NCBI GenBank assembly: GCA_937921305.1 | Contig: CAKZSU010000003.1 | Coordinates: 38,831-102,830 of the forward strand | Source of the DNA: an uncultured Patescibacteria group bacterium | GTDB taxonomy: Bacteria; Patescibacteriota; Microgenomatia; UBA10105; UBA927 | Direction: 5' to 3' | Length of the DNA stretch: 64,000 nucleotides | Shown here: positions 46,983 to 56,367 of the stretch, in pieces | How positions within the stretch are numbered: the first letter of the stretch is position 1 | Layout of the letters: every line of letters starts with the position of its first letter | The notes under the pieces: generated by a model | Seen by the model: only the letters and a program-made list of their open reading frames with translations | Database searches by the model: none | What the model was told of the DNA's origin: nothing | Program-made: the position numbers and the translations under genes

Positions 46983-48224
46983 TTATCTTCTCACAAACAA
47001 AATCGCGTTTGGGATGTTTCTCCCAGGTCCAACCTTGTATCCTCCGTACCATAATGCCGTTGATCCGCCGGAATCAAGATTCAACGCGTTATCCATGCCA
47101 AGCGTTTTCATAACATGCGCGTTCTCCGCGACTGTCGCGTTATGCGTAACGCCGATATACACCAACGCGCCTTTATTTGCAACAAAACTTCTCGGTCCCC
47201 TGCTCCCTTTTTTGGGATCGCCGTCGTCTCCGTACGCAATGTCCCCGCCAAACACTAATAATCCTTGATTTGCAATCATGCTATCAATTCCTGTATCCCT
47301 GCCCCATTCCAATGATTTTTGAACAAATCGAACAGAGTTTCCAAGAAATATCACCGCCGGAACAACGCTATATACATTATTTTCAGAGTTAAAATAGACT
47401 TTATCTTTGTTCATAAGCAGCGTGTCAAATGAATTCGTTTTGCCTGCGCAAGATGGATATGATGAAGGACAAAAATATGATCCATTAATTCCAGCGTACG
47501 CACCATTTCTCGATACATACTCCGCGAGAGACAACACAGGACACTCGTTTCGACAATCGTTTGACGACGCGGTATCAACAATCACTCTTGTAGATGATAG
47601 ATCGCCCGCAACAATGTCAACCATATACTGTTGACCCAACGCAGACACTACTTGTCTACTATACCCATACCCGGGAGGTGTATTGCTTTCCTTCGCAGAT
47701 GTAGGATGAGGCTGTGATGATTTCGCAATGTAATCGTTTATTTTATAAATTTCTTGAGAAAGTGCGCGCAATTTTTCTTGTGCTGTTTTATAGTCTCTTT
47801 TGCCAAGAAGGACTAAAATTGTCGCGAATTGTTCGTCGAGTTTCTGCGTCTTTTGCGACAATTCTCGAATCTTTAGTATTTCTTCATAAGACTGAATTGT
47901 TTGCTGATACGTAGAGCGAATCTGTTCCAATTCTTCTTTTAATTCTTGATTAATTTTTCTCTGATCTTCTTGTTTTATTCGTTCAAGTTCCGCGCTGACG
48001 CTTGCAAGCTCATTTTGAAGTATCAATGCTTGAAGCTCGTATCGATCTCGTTCTTTTCTTAACGCGACGATTTGTTGCATTGTTTGTTCTTTCTCATCGG
48101 AGTAAAACAATACGATAAATAACCCTATAAAACATGCAGTGATCAGTATAACAATAAAAACTAATGCTTTGAGGCGATGAGAAGCAATCATTTGCTTTAC
48201 CATGCTTTTCTCTTCCTGTATCAT
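46983..48224 (-). CDS. Membrane-anchored coiled-coil protein with C-terminal phosphodiester glycosidase domain
   Basis: TM, ~130-aa coiled coil, GINGSYF, ALNLDSGGSTAL, GRNIPNAI; alternative start at 48203. Confidence 0.85.
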   Translation of the reverse strand: MIQEEKSMVKQMIASHRLKALVFIVILITACFIGLFIVLFYSDEKEQTMQQIVALRKERDRYELQALILQNELASVSAELERIKQEDQRKINQELKEELEQIRSTYQQTIQSYEEILKIRELSQKTQKLDEQFATILVLLGKRDYKTAQEKLRALSQEIYKINDYIAKSSQPHPTSAKESNTPPGYGYSRQVVSALGQQYMVDIVAGDLSSTRVIVDTASSNDCRNECPVLSLAEYVSRNGAYAGINGSYFCPSSYPSCAGKTNSFDTLLMNKDKVYFNSENNVYSVVPAVIFLGNSVRFVQKSLEWGRDTGIDSMIANQGLLVFGGDIAYGDDGDPKKGSRGPRSFVANKGALVYIGVTHNATVAENAHVMKTLGMDNALNLDSGGSTALWYGGYKVGPGRNIPNAILFVRR

Positions 48225-48236
48225 AATTCAGCGTAT

Positions 48237-48764
48237 ATGATTCGGAAACGAAAGAAAAGCCCAGTTATTCCTGGCGTCATATCGCTTATTAGCGCGCTTG
48301 TTCTCACAATATACGCTCTGTACACCAATCAGGGAGAAACGGAACAACGCGATGTTTTACCATCATCTTTCGCAACGCACCGCGTTGCGAAAGTGATCGA
48401 CGGCGATACAATTGTATTGGAGAATGGAGAAAAAGTTCGATACATTGGCATCAATGCGCCGGAAATAACCAAAAAACGGGACTGCTTTAGCAGTGAAGCA
48501 AAAAAGAAAAATGAATCATTGGTTCTTCATAAAGAAGTGCTTTTGGAAAAAGATGTGTCAGAGCGAGACAAATACAACCGTCTCTTGCGCTATGTGTACC
48601 TAACCGATGGAACCTTCATGAACAAAACGCTTGTGGAAGAAGGATACGCGTATGCGTCATCATATCCTCCTGACATATCAAGACAAGAAGAACTTCTGGA
48701 AGCGCAGCGAGAGGCACAGAAGAATAAGAAGGGATTATGGGGGGCATGTCCTAAACCTCGATAA
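48237..48764 (+). CDS. Membrane-anchored thermonuclease (SNase family)
   Basis: VIDGDTI, VRYIGINAPE, DKYNRLLRYV, AQKNKKGLW. Confidence 0.93.
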   Translation: MIRKRKKSPVIPGVISLISALVLTIYALYTNQGETEQRDVLPSSFATHRVAKVIDGDTIVLENGEKVRYIGINAPEITKKRDCFSSEAKKKNESLVLHKEVLLEKDVSERDKYNRLLRYVYLTDGTFMNKTLVEEGYAYASSYPPDISRQEELLEAQREAQKNKKGLWGACPKPR

Positions 48765-48768
48765 GTAC

Positions 48769-49389
48769 TTATCCTAAATGAGATTGATCATTCCATGTTA
48801 TAAGTCTCCAACGATTGTCAGTCCATTCGCAAACAGTTAATCCAGTATTGCCGATACGAAGCGCGTGATAAAAATCAAGAGCCATTCGCTGATTCAACGA
48901 TAAATCAAATATCATGACAGAGAGAATAACTTTTATAAAATCTGCATGAGACACCACAAGAATATATGTTTCTTTCATGGATATGACATGATGAAGAAAC
49001 AATAAAGCGCGATCTCGAAGATCAAAGAATGTTTCTTCGTCAGAATGACGAAATGTCGGATCATGAAATCGTTCATGAATCTGTTGCTTTATCGCAACAG
49101 CTTCAGGTTGATCATAGAGCATACCTTCAATAATTGTGGGACGTTTAACTTCAACAAGCAATGGCGTCCATCGAATCGGTTTTTTAATAACTGCTTGAAT
49201 AATCTCTGCTGTTTGTTTTGCCCTTTGCAAGGGGCTTGCAAGAATGACATCGATATCGATAGAACGAAACCGTTCAGCGAGTTTCTTTGCTTGATGAACG
49301 CCATGTGGAGACAACTCAGCTTCTTTTGGTTGATGAATACTTTTTGCGTTGAATGGCGTTTCTCCATGGCGCACCATGTACAGTTTCAT
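48769..49389 (-). CDS. Histidine phosphatase family protein
   Basis: RHGET, SPLQRAKQTA, VVSH, WNDQSHL. Confidence 0.92.
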   Translation of the reverse strand: MKLYMVRHGETPFNAKSIHQPKEAELSPHGVHQAKKLAERFRSIDIDVILASPLQRAKQTAEIIQAVIKKPIRWTPLLVEVKRPTIIEGMLYDQPEAVAIKQQIHERFHDPTFRHSDEETFFDLRDRALLFLHHVISMKETYILVVSHADFIKVILSVMIFDLSLNQRMALDFYHALRIGNTGLTVCEWTDNRWRLITWNDQSHLG

Positions 49390-49413
49390 GAGATATATTA
49401 TAATCGATCTATC
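49390..49413. promoter_or_regulatory. Bidirectional -10 element ATTATAAT
   Basis: Palindrome at 49397-49404 gives TATAAT on both strands, 7 and 9 nt from divergent ATGs. Confidence 0.65.
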
Positions 49414-50307
49414 ATGCGAACCATAGCAAAAGGACTTATTCGACTAACCCGTTACCAAGAATATTTAATGTTCGTTGTGATTAACACGTTGTTAGGATTT
49501 CTCTTCGCAAATCCAACAATCACGATCGATGTAATTGTTCATTTATGTATTGTTTTTATCGCGAATATGTTAAGCGCTGGATTCTCGTTTATGATCAACG
49601 ATGTGGAAGACGCTCCAGACGACGCAATCAGTCCCCAAAAGGCAAAACGAAATCCAATTTCAGCCGGAACTGTTTCAAGAAAAACTGGATTATTGGCGTC
49701 TCTTGGCGTTGCCGTCATCTCGATTGGAGCATATTATCCCCTTGGAACGCTACCATTTATCGGCGGCGTAGCGACGATTATTTTAGGATTTCTTTATTCA
49801 TGGAAACCAATACGATTAAAACGCATTCCTGTCATAGATCTTGTCAGTCATGGCTTGATGTTGTCAGGATTGCAATTTCTCTGCTCGTTTTTTACATTTT
49901 CTCCGTTTGTCGGATTCACTCCTGAACTCATACTTCCATTTATCTTTATCACCACAATTAGCATGTATGGAGAGCTATATAACGAAATTCGAGACTTCAC
50001 CTACGATAAAATCGCTGGTATTACACATACCGCAAGTGTCATTGGAAAAGCGAACACCCATATCCTAATGTATGCTCTTCTTTCGTTTGCGATGATTACG
50101 TTGCTTTATAGCGTTTTTCTTCATCTTATTCCCATGTGGTTTATTGCGTTATTTTTATTTGTTGGAGGAATATTTTTTCTAAATATCCTTCGAGGCATAT
50201 TCCTCTATAAACAACGTCTTCATATGGATATTATTCAAGATTATATCCTTTTGACGACCGGAATTTCGTTGATGTGTTGGGCTGGAAGCAGAATGCTAGA
50301 AATCTGA
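49414..50307 (+). CDS. UbiA family prenyltransferase
   Basis: NDVEDAPDD and NEIRDFTYD Asp-rich motifs; YSWKPIRLK; multiple TMs; start placed at MRTIAK. Confidence 0.88.
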   Translation: MRTIAKGLIRLTRYQEYLMFVVINTLLGFLFANPTITIDVIVHLCIVFIANMLSAGFSFMINDVEDAPDDAISPQKAKRNPISAGTVSRKTGLLASLGVAVISIGAYYPLGTLPFIGGVATIILGFLYSWKPIRLKRIPVIDLVSHGLMLSGLQFLCSFFTFSPFVGFTPELILPFIFITTISMYGELYNEIRDFTYDKIAGITHTASVIGKANTHILMYALLSFAMITLLYSVFLHLIPMWFIALFLFVGGIFFLNILRGIFLYKQRLHMDIIQDYILLTTGISLMCWAGSRMLEI

Positions 50308-50332
50308 TGTATCGCCATGCTATACTAACCGC

Positions 50333-51535
50333 ATGTCATATACACCACCAGATGATATCCTCAAACAATATGCAGCTGTCCTTATTGAATTCGCGTTGGG
50401 AGGCGGAAAAGGAATCGCGAAACGAGATGTTGTATTTCTTCAAGTTCTAGAATGCGCGAAACCACTGCTCATTCATCTTCGTCGATCTGTTCTAAAATTA
50501 GGAGGATTTCCAATTATTCAATATCTGCCAGATAACATCGCGAGAGATTTTTTTGAATATGCCAACGATGAACAGCTTGCGTTTTTCCCTGACAAATATC
50601 TTCGAGGAAAAGTTGATCAAATGGATCATGTCGTTCATATCATCGCTGAAACCAATAAACACGAACTCGAAGGTATCGATCCGAAAAAACTCATGATTGC
50701 GCAAGAAGCCATGAAACCATATAAAGATTGGCGAGACGAGAAAGAAAATGCGGGAAAACTGACCTGGACATTAGCGCTTTATGGAACAGACGCCATGGCA
50801 AGAGAAGCAAATATGACCATTGAAGAATACTGGGAACAAATTATTACGGCGTGTTTTCTTGATACATCAGATCCTATAACAACATGGAAAAAAATAATGG
50901 CTGAGATAGATCGAGTCAAACATGCGTTGAACGCATTATCCATTGAATCCCTTCATGTAGAAGCTCCGGACACAAACTTGACAATCAAACTTGGAAAACA
51001 GAGACAATGGATGGGCGGGTCGGGAAGGAATATTCCAAGTTTTGAAGTCTTCATATCCCCAGATTGGAGAGGAACAGAAGGACGCATTCGTTTTACCGAA
51101 CCGTTGTATGTGTATGGCAATCTCATCAAAAATGTGTATGTGGAATTTACCAAGGGAGTTGTCACACATGTGTCAGCAACGGAAGGAGAACAGGTGCTCC
51201 AAGAAATGATAAAAGTAAAGAACGCGGATAAAATTGGAGAATTTTCTTTAACAGATTCAAGGTTGTCGCGGATTACGAAATTTATGGCTGAAACTCTGTT
51301 TGATGAGAATGTAGGCGGTCCATATGGCAATACCCATATTGCCTTAGGATCGGCATATAAAGATTCATATCCCGGGGATCCATCAACAGTTACAGAAGAA
51401 CAATGGCACGCGATGGGATACAATGAGAGTGTCATCCATACCGACATTGTCGCGACTTCCGATAGAATTGTCACCGCAACGCTCCCATCTGGAGAAAAGA
51501 AGGTGATTTACAAAAACGGCATATTTACGATATAA
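50333..51535 (+). CDS. M29 aminopeptidase (AmpS/PepS family)
   Basis: NIPSFEVF, IGEFSL, TLFDEN, HIALG, SVIHTD. Confidence 0.92.
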   Translation: MSYTPPDDILKQYAAVLIEFALGGGKGIAKRDVVFLQVLECAKPLLIHLRRSVLKLGGFPIIQYLPDNIARDFFEYANDEQLAFFPDKYLRGKVDQMDHVVHIIAETNKHELEGIDPKKLMIAQEAMKPYKDWRDEKENAGKLTWTLALYGTDAMAREANMTIEEYWEQIITACFLDTSDPITTWKKIMAEIDRVKHALNALSIESLHVEAPDTNLTIKLGKQRQWMGGSGRNIPSFEVFISPDWRGTEGRIRFTEPLYVYGNLIKNVYVEFTKGVVTHVSATEGEQVLQEMIKVKNADKIGEFSLTDSRLSRITKFMAETLFDENVGGPYGNTHIALGSAYKDSYPGDPSTVTEEQWHAMGYNESVIHTDIVATSDRIVTATLPSGEKKVIYKNGIFTI

Positions 51536-51542
51536 CACGCTT

Positions 51543-51881
51543 ATGCTTGCTACAAAACGATGCGTTCCCTGCGAAGGGCATACCGCTCCAATGACTGAAG
51601 ATGAGATCACTTATCATCTTTCTCTTGTCTCTGGCTGGCGATATATTTCTGAAAAACGAGCAATAGCAAAACAATTTATCTTCAAGAATTTCGCCGAGTC
51701 AATGCGTTTTGTGAACACTATTGCAAACATAGCGGAAGAAGAAGGGCATCATCCCGACATATATCTGCACGATTGGAAGTATGTTGACATCACGCTCTCA
51801 ACGCATGCAATAAACGGATTGTCAGAAAACGATTTTATTCTCGCCGCAAAAATTGATATCGCCACTTCTTCACATTCATGA
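51543..51881 (+). CDS. phhB: Pterin-4-alpha-carbinolamine dehydratase
   Basis: CVPCEG, AEEEGHHPDI, THAINGLSENDFILAAKID. Confidence 0.92.
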   Translation: MLATKRCVPCEGHTAPMTEDEITYHLSLVSGWRYISEKRAIAKQFIFKNFAESMRFVNTIANIAEEEGHHPDIYLHDWKYVDITLSTHAINGLSENDFILAAKIDIATSSHS

Positions 51882-52702
51882 CTATCGGGTTGGTTACCTA
51901 TAACGATCTTCGGACTGTTCCCAAAAGCCATGTTCCGCTTCTTGAAGCGGGAAAAAGACAAGGAATATCGATCATTCCTGCTCCGTGGGATAATCCCGCG
52001 ATCGATTGGACGCGTTTTAACGGATTAATCGCGTTCTGTTGTTGGAACTATTATCATAACTATGCATCGTTTCTTTCATGGCTTGCATATCTGGAATCAA
52101 TCAACGCCTCAATTATAAATCCGATCAAAACGCTTCGATGGAATAGTCACAAACAATATCTTCTCGATCTTGAACAACGAGGCGTAAACATCATTCCAAC
52201 AATCCTTGTAAAAAGAGAAACAACAATGGATATTGATATGTGGTTTGAAGCGTTTAACAATGATCATCTTGTGATAAAACCAGCAGTAAGCGCCGGAGGA
52301 AATCAGATTGTTCATCTTCTTAAATACCATCACGCAAACAAGAATAAGGTCATAGCCATGCTGCAAAAAGGAGATATACTTATTCAACCATATATAGAAG
52401 AAATCAATCATGAAGAAAGATCGTTTATTTTTTTAGGAAACGAATGGTCTCACGCGATCATCAACCGTCATGGAAGAAAAAAACGATATACCCCGTCGGA
52501 TCAAGAACTTTCTGAAGCTCATCATCTTCTTTCGCTTATTCCATATGACCATGTATACGCAAGAATTGATGGTGCGATCATCAACGATACATTCTCTGTT
52601 TCGGAGGTGGAACTTCTTGAGCCAGATTTATACTTCCCCATGAACCCAAAAAGCGGTGATATGTGCATTGCTTACGCTCGTTCTTTTTTCTTGCTCCATT
52701 GA
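51878..52702 (+). CDS. ATP-grasp ligase (RimK/glutathione-synthetase-like)
   Basis: WNSHKQYL, VIKPAVSAGG, IQPY, YARID, EVELLEPDLY. Confidence 0.8.
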   Translation: MTIGLVTYNDLRTVPKSHVPLLEAGKRQGISIIPAPWDNPAIDWTRFNGLIAFCCWNYYHNYASFLSWLAYLESINASIINPIKTLRWNSHKQYLLDLEQRGVNIIPTILVKRETTMDIDMWFEAFNNDHLVIKPAVSAGGNQIVHLLKYHHANKNKVIAMLQKGDILIQPYIEEINHEERSFIFLGNEWSHAIINRHGRKKRYTPSDQELSEAHHLLSLIPYDHVYARIDGAIINDTFSVSEVELLEPDLYFPMNPKSGDMCIAYARSFFLLH

Positions 52703-53328
52703 GGATATTCAGGGCATAGATCGTCAAGGGGACAATCCTCGCAAGTATGCGGTCTTGCGATACACTTGTATCGACCGTGAAGCGTCAACATGCTTCCAAA
52801 TCCAATCCATGTTTCTCGAGGAAGCATCTTCATCAGTTCTCGCTCTATTACCACGGGATCTTTTGAATGAACTAATCCAAGTTTATTGGATAATCGTACG
52901 CCATGTGTATCAATTACAATACCTTCCGCTTTTCCAAATGCGTGACTTAAGACCACATTCGCGGTCTTCCTCGCGACACCAGGCAACGCGTCCAATGCTT
53001 CCATTGTGTTTGGAACATTCCCACCGTGCTTCTCAGCGATAATACGACATGCGTCTCGAATGTTTTTCGCTTTATTCGCATAAAATGTGACGCTTTTTAT
53101 ATACGGAACAATTTCCTCGACAGACGCATTCGTAAAGTCTTCCGCTGTTTTGAACCGTTCAAATAACGCCGGCGTCACTTTGTTGACCAATTTATCGGTA
53201 CATTGAGCGGATAATATTGTAGCGACAAGAAGCTGTAAAGGATTCTGAAAATGCAATTCAACAATTGGTTTGGGGTATACTTTCTGAAGCCTTTTGTGCA
53301 CTTCCAACGCTTTTTCTTGAGAGGTCAT
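52672..53328 (-). CDS. nth: Endonuclease III
   Basis: LSAQCTD, LPGVARKTANV HhH, DTH, C-x6-C-x2-C-x5-C Fe-S motif. Confidence 0.95.
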   Translation of the reverse strand: MTSQEKALEVHKRLQKVYPKPIVELHFQNPLQLLVATILSAQCTDKLVNKVTPALFERFKTAEDFTNASVEEIVPYIKSVTFYANKAKNIRDACRIIAEKHGGNVPNTMEALDALPGVARKTANVVLSHAFGKAEGIVIDTHGVRLSNKLGLVHSKDPVVIERELMKMLPRETWIGFGSMLTLHGRYKCIARPHTCEDCPLDDLCPEYPQWSKKKERA

Positions 53329-53347
53329 AGATTATTCCAATTTTTTG

Positions 53348-53419
53348 TGAGCCCGCAGGGGATCGAACCCTGGACCAACTGCTTAAAAGGCAGCTGCTCT
53401 ACCACTGAGCTACAGGCCC
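53348..53419 (-). tRNA. tRNA-Lys(TTT)
   Basis: GCTGC-CT TTT AA-GCAGT; CAGGG-TTCGATC-CCCTG. Confidence 0.95.
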
Positions 53420-53609
53420 CACATTCACTCGTCTCTTTTATTGTGTACCTATCTCTTGTAAACTGCGTAAATCCGCTACTTGGCGGATTATAAGAAATAT
53501 TTTGCTTGCCTTCAGCTATTTGCTTACGGCACAGATCCTCATATTTTACTTTATATAACCAAAGACAGATTCAACTTCTATATCTTAATTTATTATAACA
53601 AACAGTGTA

Positions 53610-54038
53610 TTAGGATGGAAGAGATGGAGATGATTGTGAAGGTGGGATGTTTTGTGATCCCCCAACGCGTTGCGCCGCTTTCCCAACTTTCCCTCGGAGG
53701 TAATATAACTTAGCTCGTCGGACATCGCCATATCTTTTCACTTCAAGTTTTTTAATCCATGGAGAATACAATGGAAATATTCGCTCCACACCGATGCCTC
53801 CAGCGCCAATTTTTCTTACCGTGAACATCCGTTGTGTTCCGCGATTTTTTATCGCAATCACAATTCCTTCAAATACCTGGATACGCTCCCGAACTGTTTC
53901 TTTTACTTCTTTTTTTGTCCTTCCTGCAGTTTTTTCTTTCTCAATTAGCTTGTAATGCACGCGAACCGTATCGCCGACATGAAACTCGACTGGTTGAATT
54001 CCTTCTTCTGATGAAACCCATGTTGCAATATTTGCCAT
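53610..54038 (-). CDS. rplS: 50S ribosomal protein L19
   Basis: [34 protein letters not shown]. Confidence 0.97.
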   Translation of the reverse strand: MANIATWVSSEEGIQPVEFHVGDTVRVHYKLIEKEKTAGRTKKEVKETVRERIQVFEGIVIAIKNRGTQRMFTVRKIGAGGIGVERIFPLYSPWIKKLEVKRYGDVRRAKLYYLRGKVGKAAQRVGGSQNIPPSQSSPSLPS

Positions 54039-54060
54039 ACAATTTTAATTGTAACAAGTT

Positions 54061-55713
54061 TTATCGCATTTCACAAGCTCTAATGAAGCCAATGAACAAT
54101 GGATGAGGGGACAATGGCCGAGATCGATATTCTGGATGATATTGCGTGCCGATAAAGAATGGATGCTTTTCTTTCGGCAACTCAATAATTTCCACCAAAT
54201 GCTCAATCTTTGATCGTCCTGCAATGATGAGCCCTGCTTGCTCTACTTGATTCGCGTACTCGTCGTTGAATTCGTATCTATGCCGATGGCGCTCTCCGAC
54301 AATTCGTTCATTTGGATTGTCGTAATACGAGTATTTTTGATATAAGAGATCTGCTTGCGTGTCTTCTTTCACCACGCACTCCCATTTCCCCAGCCTCATC
54401 GTTCCGCCATATGCGCGACGACGAATAAACTCTTCTTGTCCTTCAATCATGTGAATTATCGGATGTGGGGTGTGCGGATCGCATTCTGTCGTATGCGCTT
54501 CTTCTAGACCAAGAACATGCCGAGCAAACTCTACCACCGCAAGCTGCATGCCGTAGCACAATCCAAGGTAGGGAACACCTTTTTCCCGCGCGTATCGTAT
54601 CGCGGAAATTTTTCCTTCAACCCCTCTCGATCCCCATCCAATCGGGACAATAATGCCATGCGTTCCGTCCAATAACGATACATCTCCTGATTCTAACAAT
54701 TCTGCTTGAATCCACTGAACGCGAACGTCAATATTTTCTTTCCACGCCGCGTGATCAATCGCGTCCATAAGCGCCGCGTAACTATCGCGGAGCTGATAGT
54801 CGCCTGTGGCAAAATATTTTCCGACAACTGCGATTTCCACTGTTGATCGTTTTGGCGCGTAAATAGTTTTGACCATATCTTCCCATGGAGACAAGCACAA
54901 TTCTCGAAGTGGAAGAGAAAATAACTGCAGAATTTTCTCATCAAATTTTTGTTCGGCAAACGATATGGGTACTTCATATGGACTTTTCATATCGACGCTA
55001 TCAATCACATGATCCGGCTCGACATTGCAAAACAACGCGAATCGCTCTCGCCGGCGATCGTCGATCGGTTGTTCCGAACGAGTTACAATAAAATCTGGCT
55101 GAATTCCCATGGAATTTAATGTTTTTACCGATAGTTGCGTTGGCTTGGTTTTTGGTTCTCCGAGATGCGTCGGTGTTGGAAGATAGCTAACATGCACATG
55201 AACAACCTTGTTGTCTTTATGCAGTTTCATAATTCTCGATGCTTCATAAAACAACACATTTTGATACTCTCCCGCTGTTCCCCCAAGTTCGACGATCACA
55301 ATATCCGCGTTTTCTTTCTCTCCGACGGTCATGATCCTCCGAATAATTTCGTCTGTCACATGAGGAATCGCCTCTACATCTTCTCCGCCATATTCAAAGT
55401 TTCGTTCTCGTTCAATGACTTTTTTATAAATTTGTCCCATCGTCACGAAGTTGTCTTGCGTCATATTTTTTCCGAGATATTTTTCATATGTCCCAAGATC
55501 CATGTCTGCTTCTGTCCCATCATCCATCAAAAACGGATCGCCATGCTCGATAGGATTGATAAGTCCGGCGTCGATATTTAAGTAATTTTCACATTTCACT
55601 ATTGTCACTCGGTATCCGCGAGATTGAAGAAGAAGCGCAATAGAAGCGGTCGTGACGCCTTTTCCTAATCCAGAGATGACTCCACCGGAAACGAAGATAA
55701 AATTTTGAAGCAT
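54061..55713 (-). CDS. pyrG: CTP synthase
   Basis: GGVISGLGKG, KTKPTQ, GLCYGMQ, ERHRHRYE, QYHPE. Confidence 0.97.
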   Translation of the reverse strand: MLQNFIFVSGGVISGLGKGVTTASIALLLQSRGYRVTIVKCENYLNIDAGLINPIEHGDPFLMDDGTEADMDLGTYEKYLGKNMTQDNFVTMGQIYKKVIERERNFEYGGEDVEAIPHVTDEIIRRIMTVGEKENADIVIVELGGTAGEYQNVLFYEASRIMKLHKDNKVVHVHVSYLPTPTHLGEPKTKPTQLSVKTLNSMGIQPDFIVTRSEQPIDDRRRERFALFCNVEPDHVIDSVDMKSPYEVPISFAEQKFDEKILQLFSLPLRELCLSPWEDMVKTIYAPKRSTVEIAVVGKYFATGDYQLRDSYAALMDAIDHAAWKENIDVRVQWIQAELLESGDVSLLDGTHGIIVPIGWGSRGVEGKISAIRYAREKGVPYLGLCYGMQLAVVEFARHVLGLEEAHTTECDPHTPHPIIHMIEGQEEFIRRRAYGGTMRLGKWECVVKEDTQADLLYQKYSYYDNPNERIVGERHRHRYEFNDEYANQVEQAGLIIAGRSKIEHLVEIIELPKEKHPFFIGTQYHPEYRSRPLSPHPLFIGFIRACEMR

Positions 55714-55719
55714 AGTTTA

Positions 55720-56355
55720 CTATAGCACGGATTTTGTCTTTGATTCAAGATATGCGCGACCATGGCCAACGGTTGTATTTACAGGAATCCCTTGCGCGCA
55801 GAACGGACATGACGCTTCATCAAACGCTTCCGCTTTAAGAATGCCAAGCGACGAAAACGGCGCGTCAAAGAGCTGATCATTCACCAATTCAGGATTTCTA
55901 TTCACCATCACTGCTACCGCAGCAACGCGTCCGCCGACAGCGCGAACACGTTCAACAACCTTTAACACAGATCCTCCCGTTGTCGTTAAGTCTTCTACGA
56001 CAAGAACGCGTTTATTTTGAACAAATCGATCATATCCTCGCGTAAATATGTGATGTTTATTCGCGTCTTTTTCCGTGTATACTCCAAACACTTCTTTCTT
56101 TTTTAAAATAGATAAATGATACGCAGTCCATTGAGAAAGAATAATCCCGCCTAACGCCGGACCGACCACCACATCAATATCCATTGATTGATAACGCTCC
56201 GCAAACATTTTCCCAACCATAGAGGCGAGTTCCGTATGCGGATATAACGCGTCTTTATTTACATACACGCTCCCGTGTTTTCCTGATGTATAAACAAAAT
56301 GATCATCGGTAAGCACCGCGCCAACAGAACGAAGTATATTAATAATGTCCATCAT
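55720..56355 (-). CDS. pyrE: Orotate phosphoribosyltransferase
   Basis: HFVYTSGKH; VVEDLTTTGGS PRPP motif; operon context; SD AAGGAGG. Confidence 0.9.
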   Translation of the reverse strand: MMDIINILRSVGAVLTDDHFVYTSGKHGSVYVNKDALYPHTELASMVGKMFAERYQSMDIDVVVGPALGGIILSQWTAYHLSILKKKEVFGVYTEKDANKHHIFTRGYDRFVQNKRVLVVEDLTTTGGSVLKVVERVRAVGGRVAAVAVMVNRNPELVNDQLFDAPFSSLGILKAEAFDEASCPFCAQGIPVNTTVGHGRAYLESKTKSVL

Positions 56356-56367
56356 ATATGTTCCTCC

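Noticed and set aside
46678-47268. 196-aa and 119-aa plus-strand ORFs
   Set aside because: Antisense shadows of the glycosidase gene and the frameshifted relic.
49045-49413. 123-aa N-terminal extension of the UbiA ORF
   Set aside because: Overlaps the histidine phosphatase on the other strand; a better start with a promoter is at 49414.
53251-53713. Short plus-strand ORFs (80 and 77 aa)
   Set aside because: Antisense to nth, tRNA-Lys and rplS.
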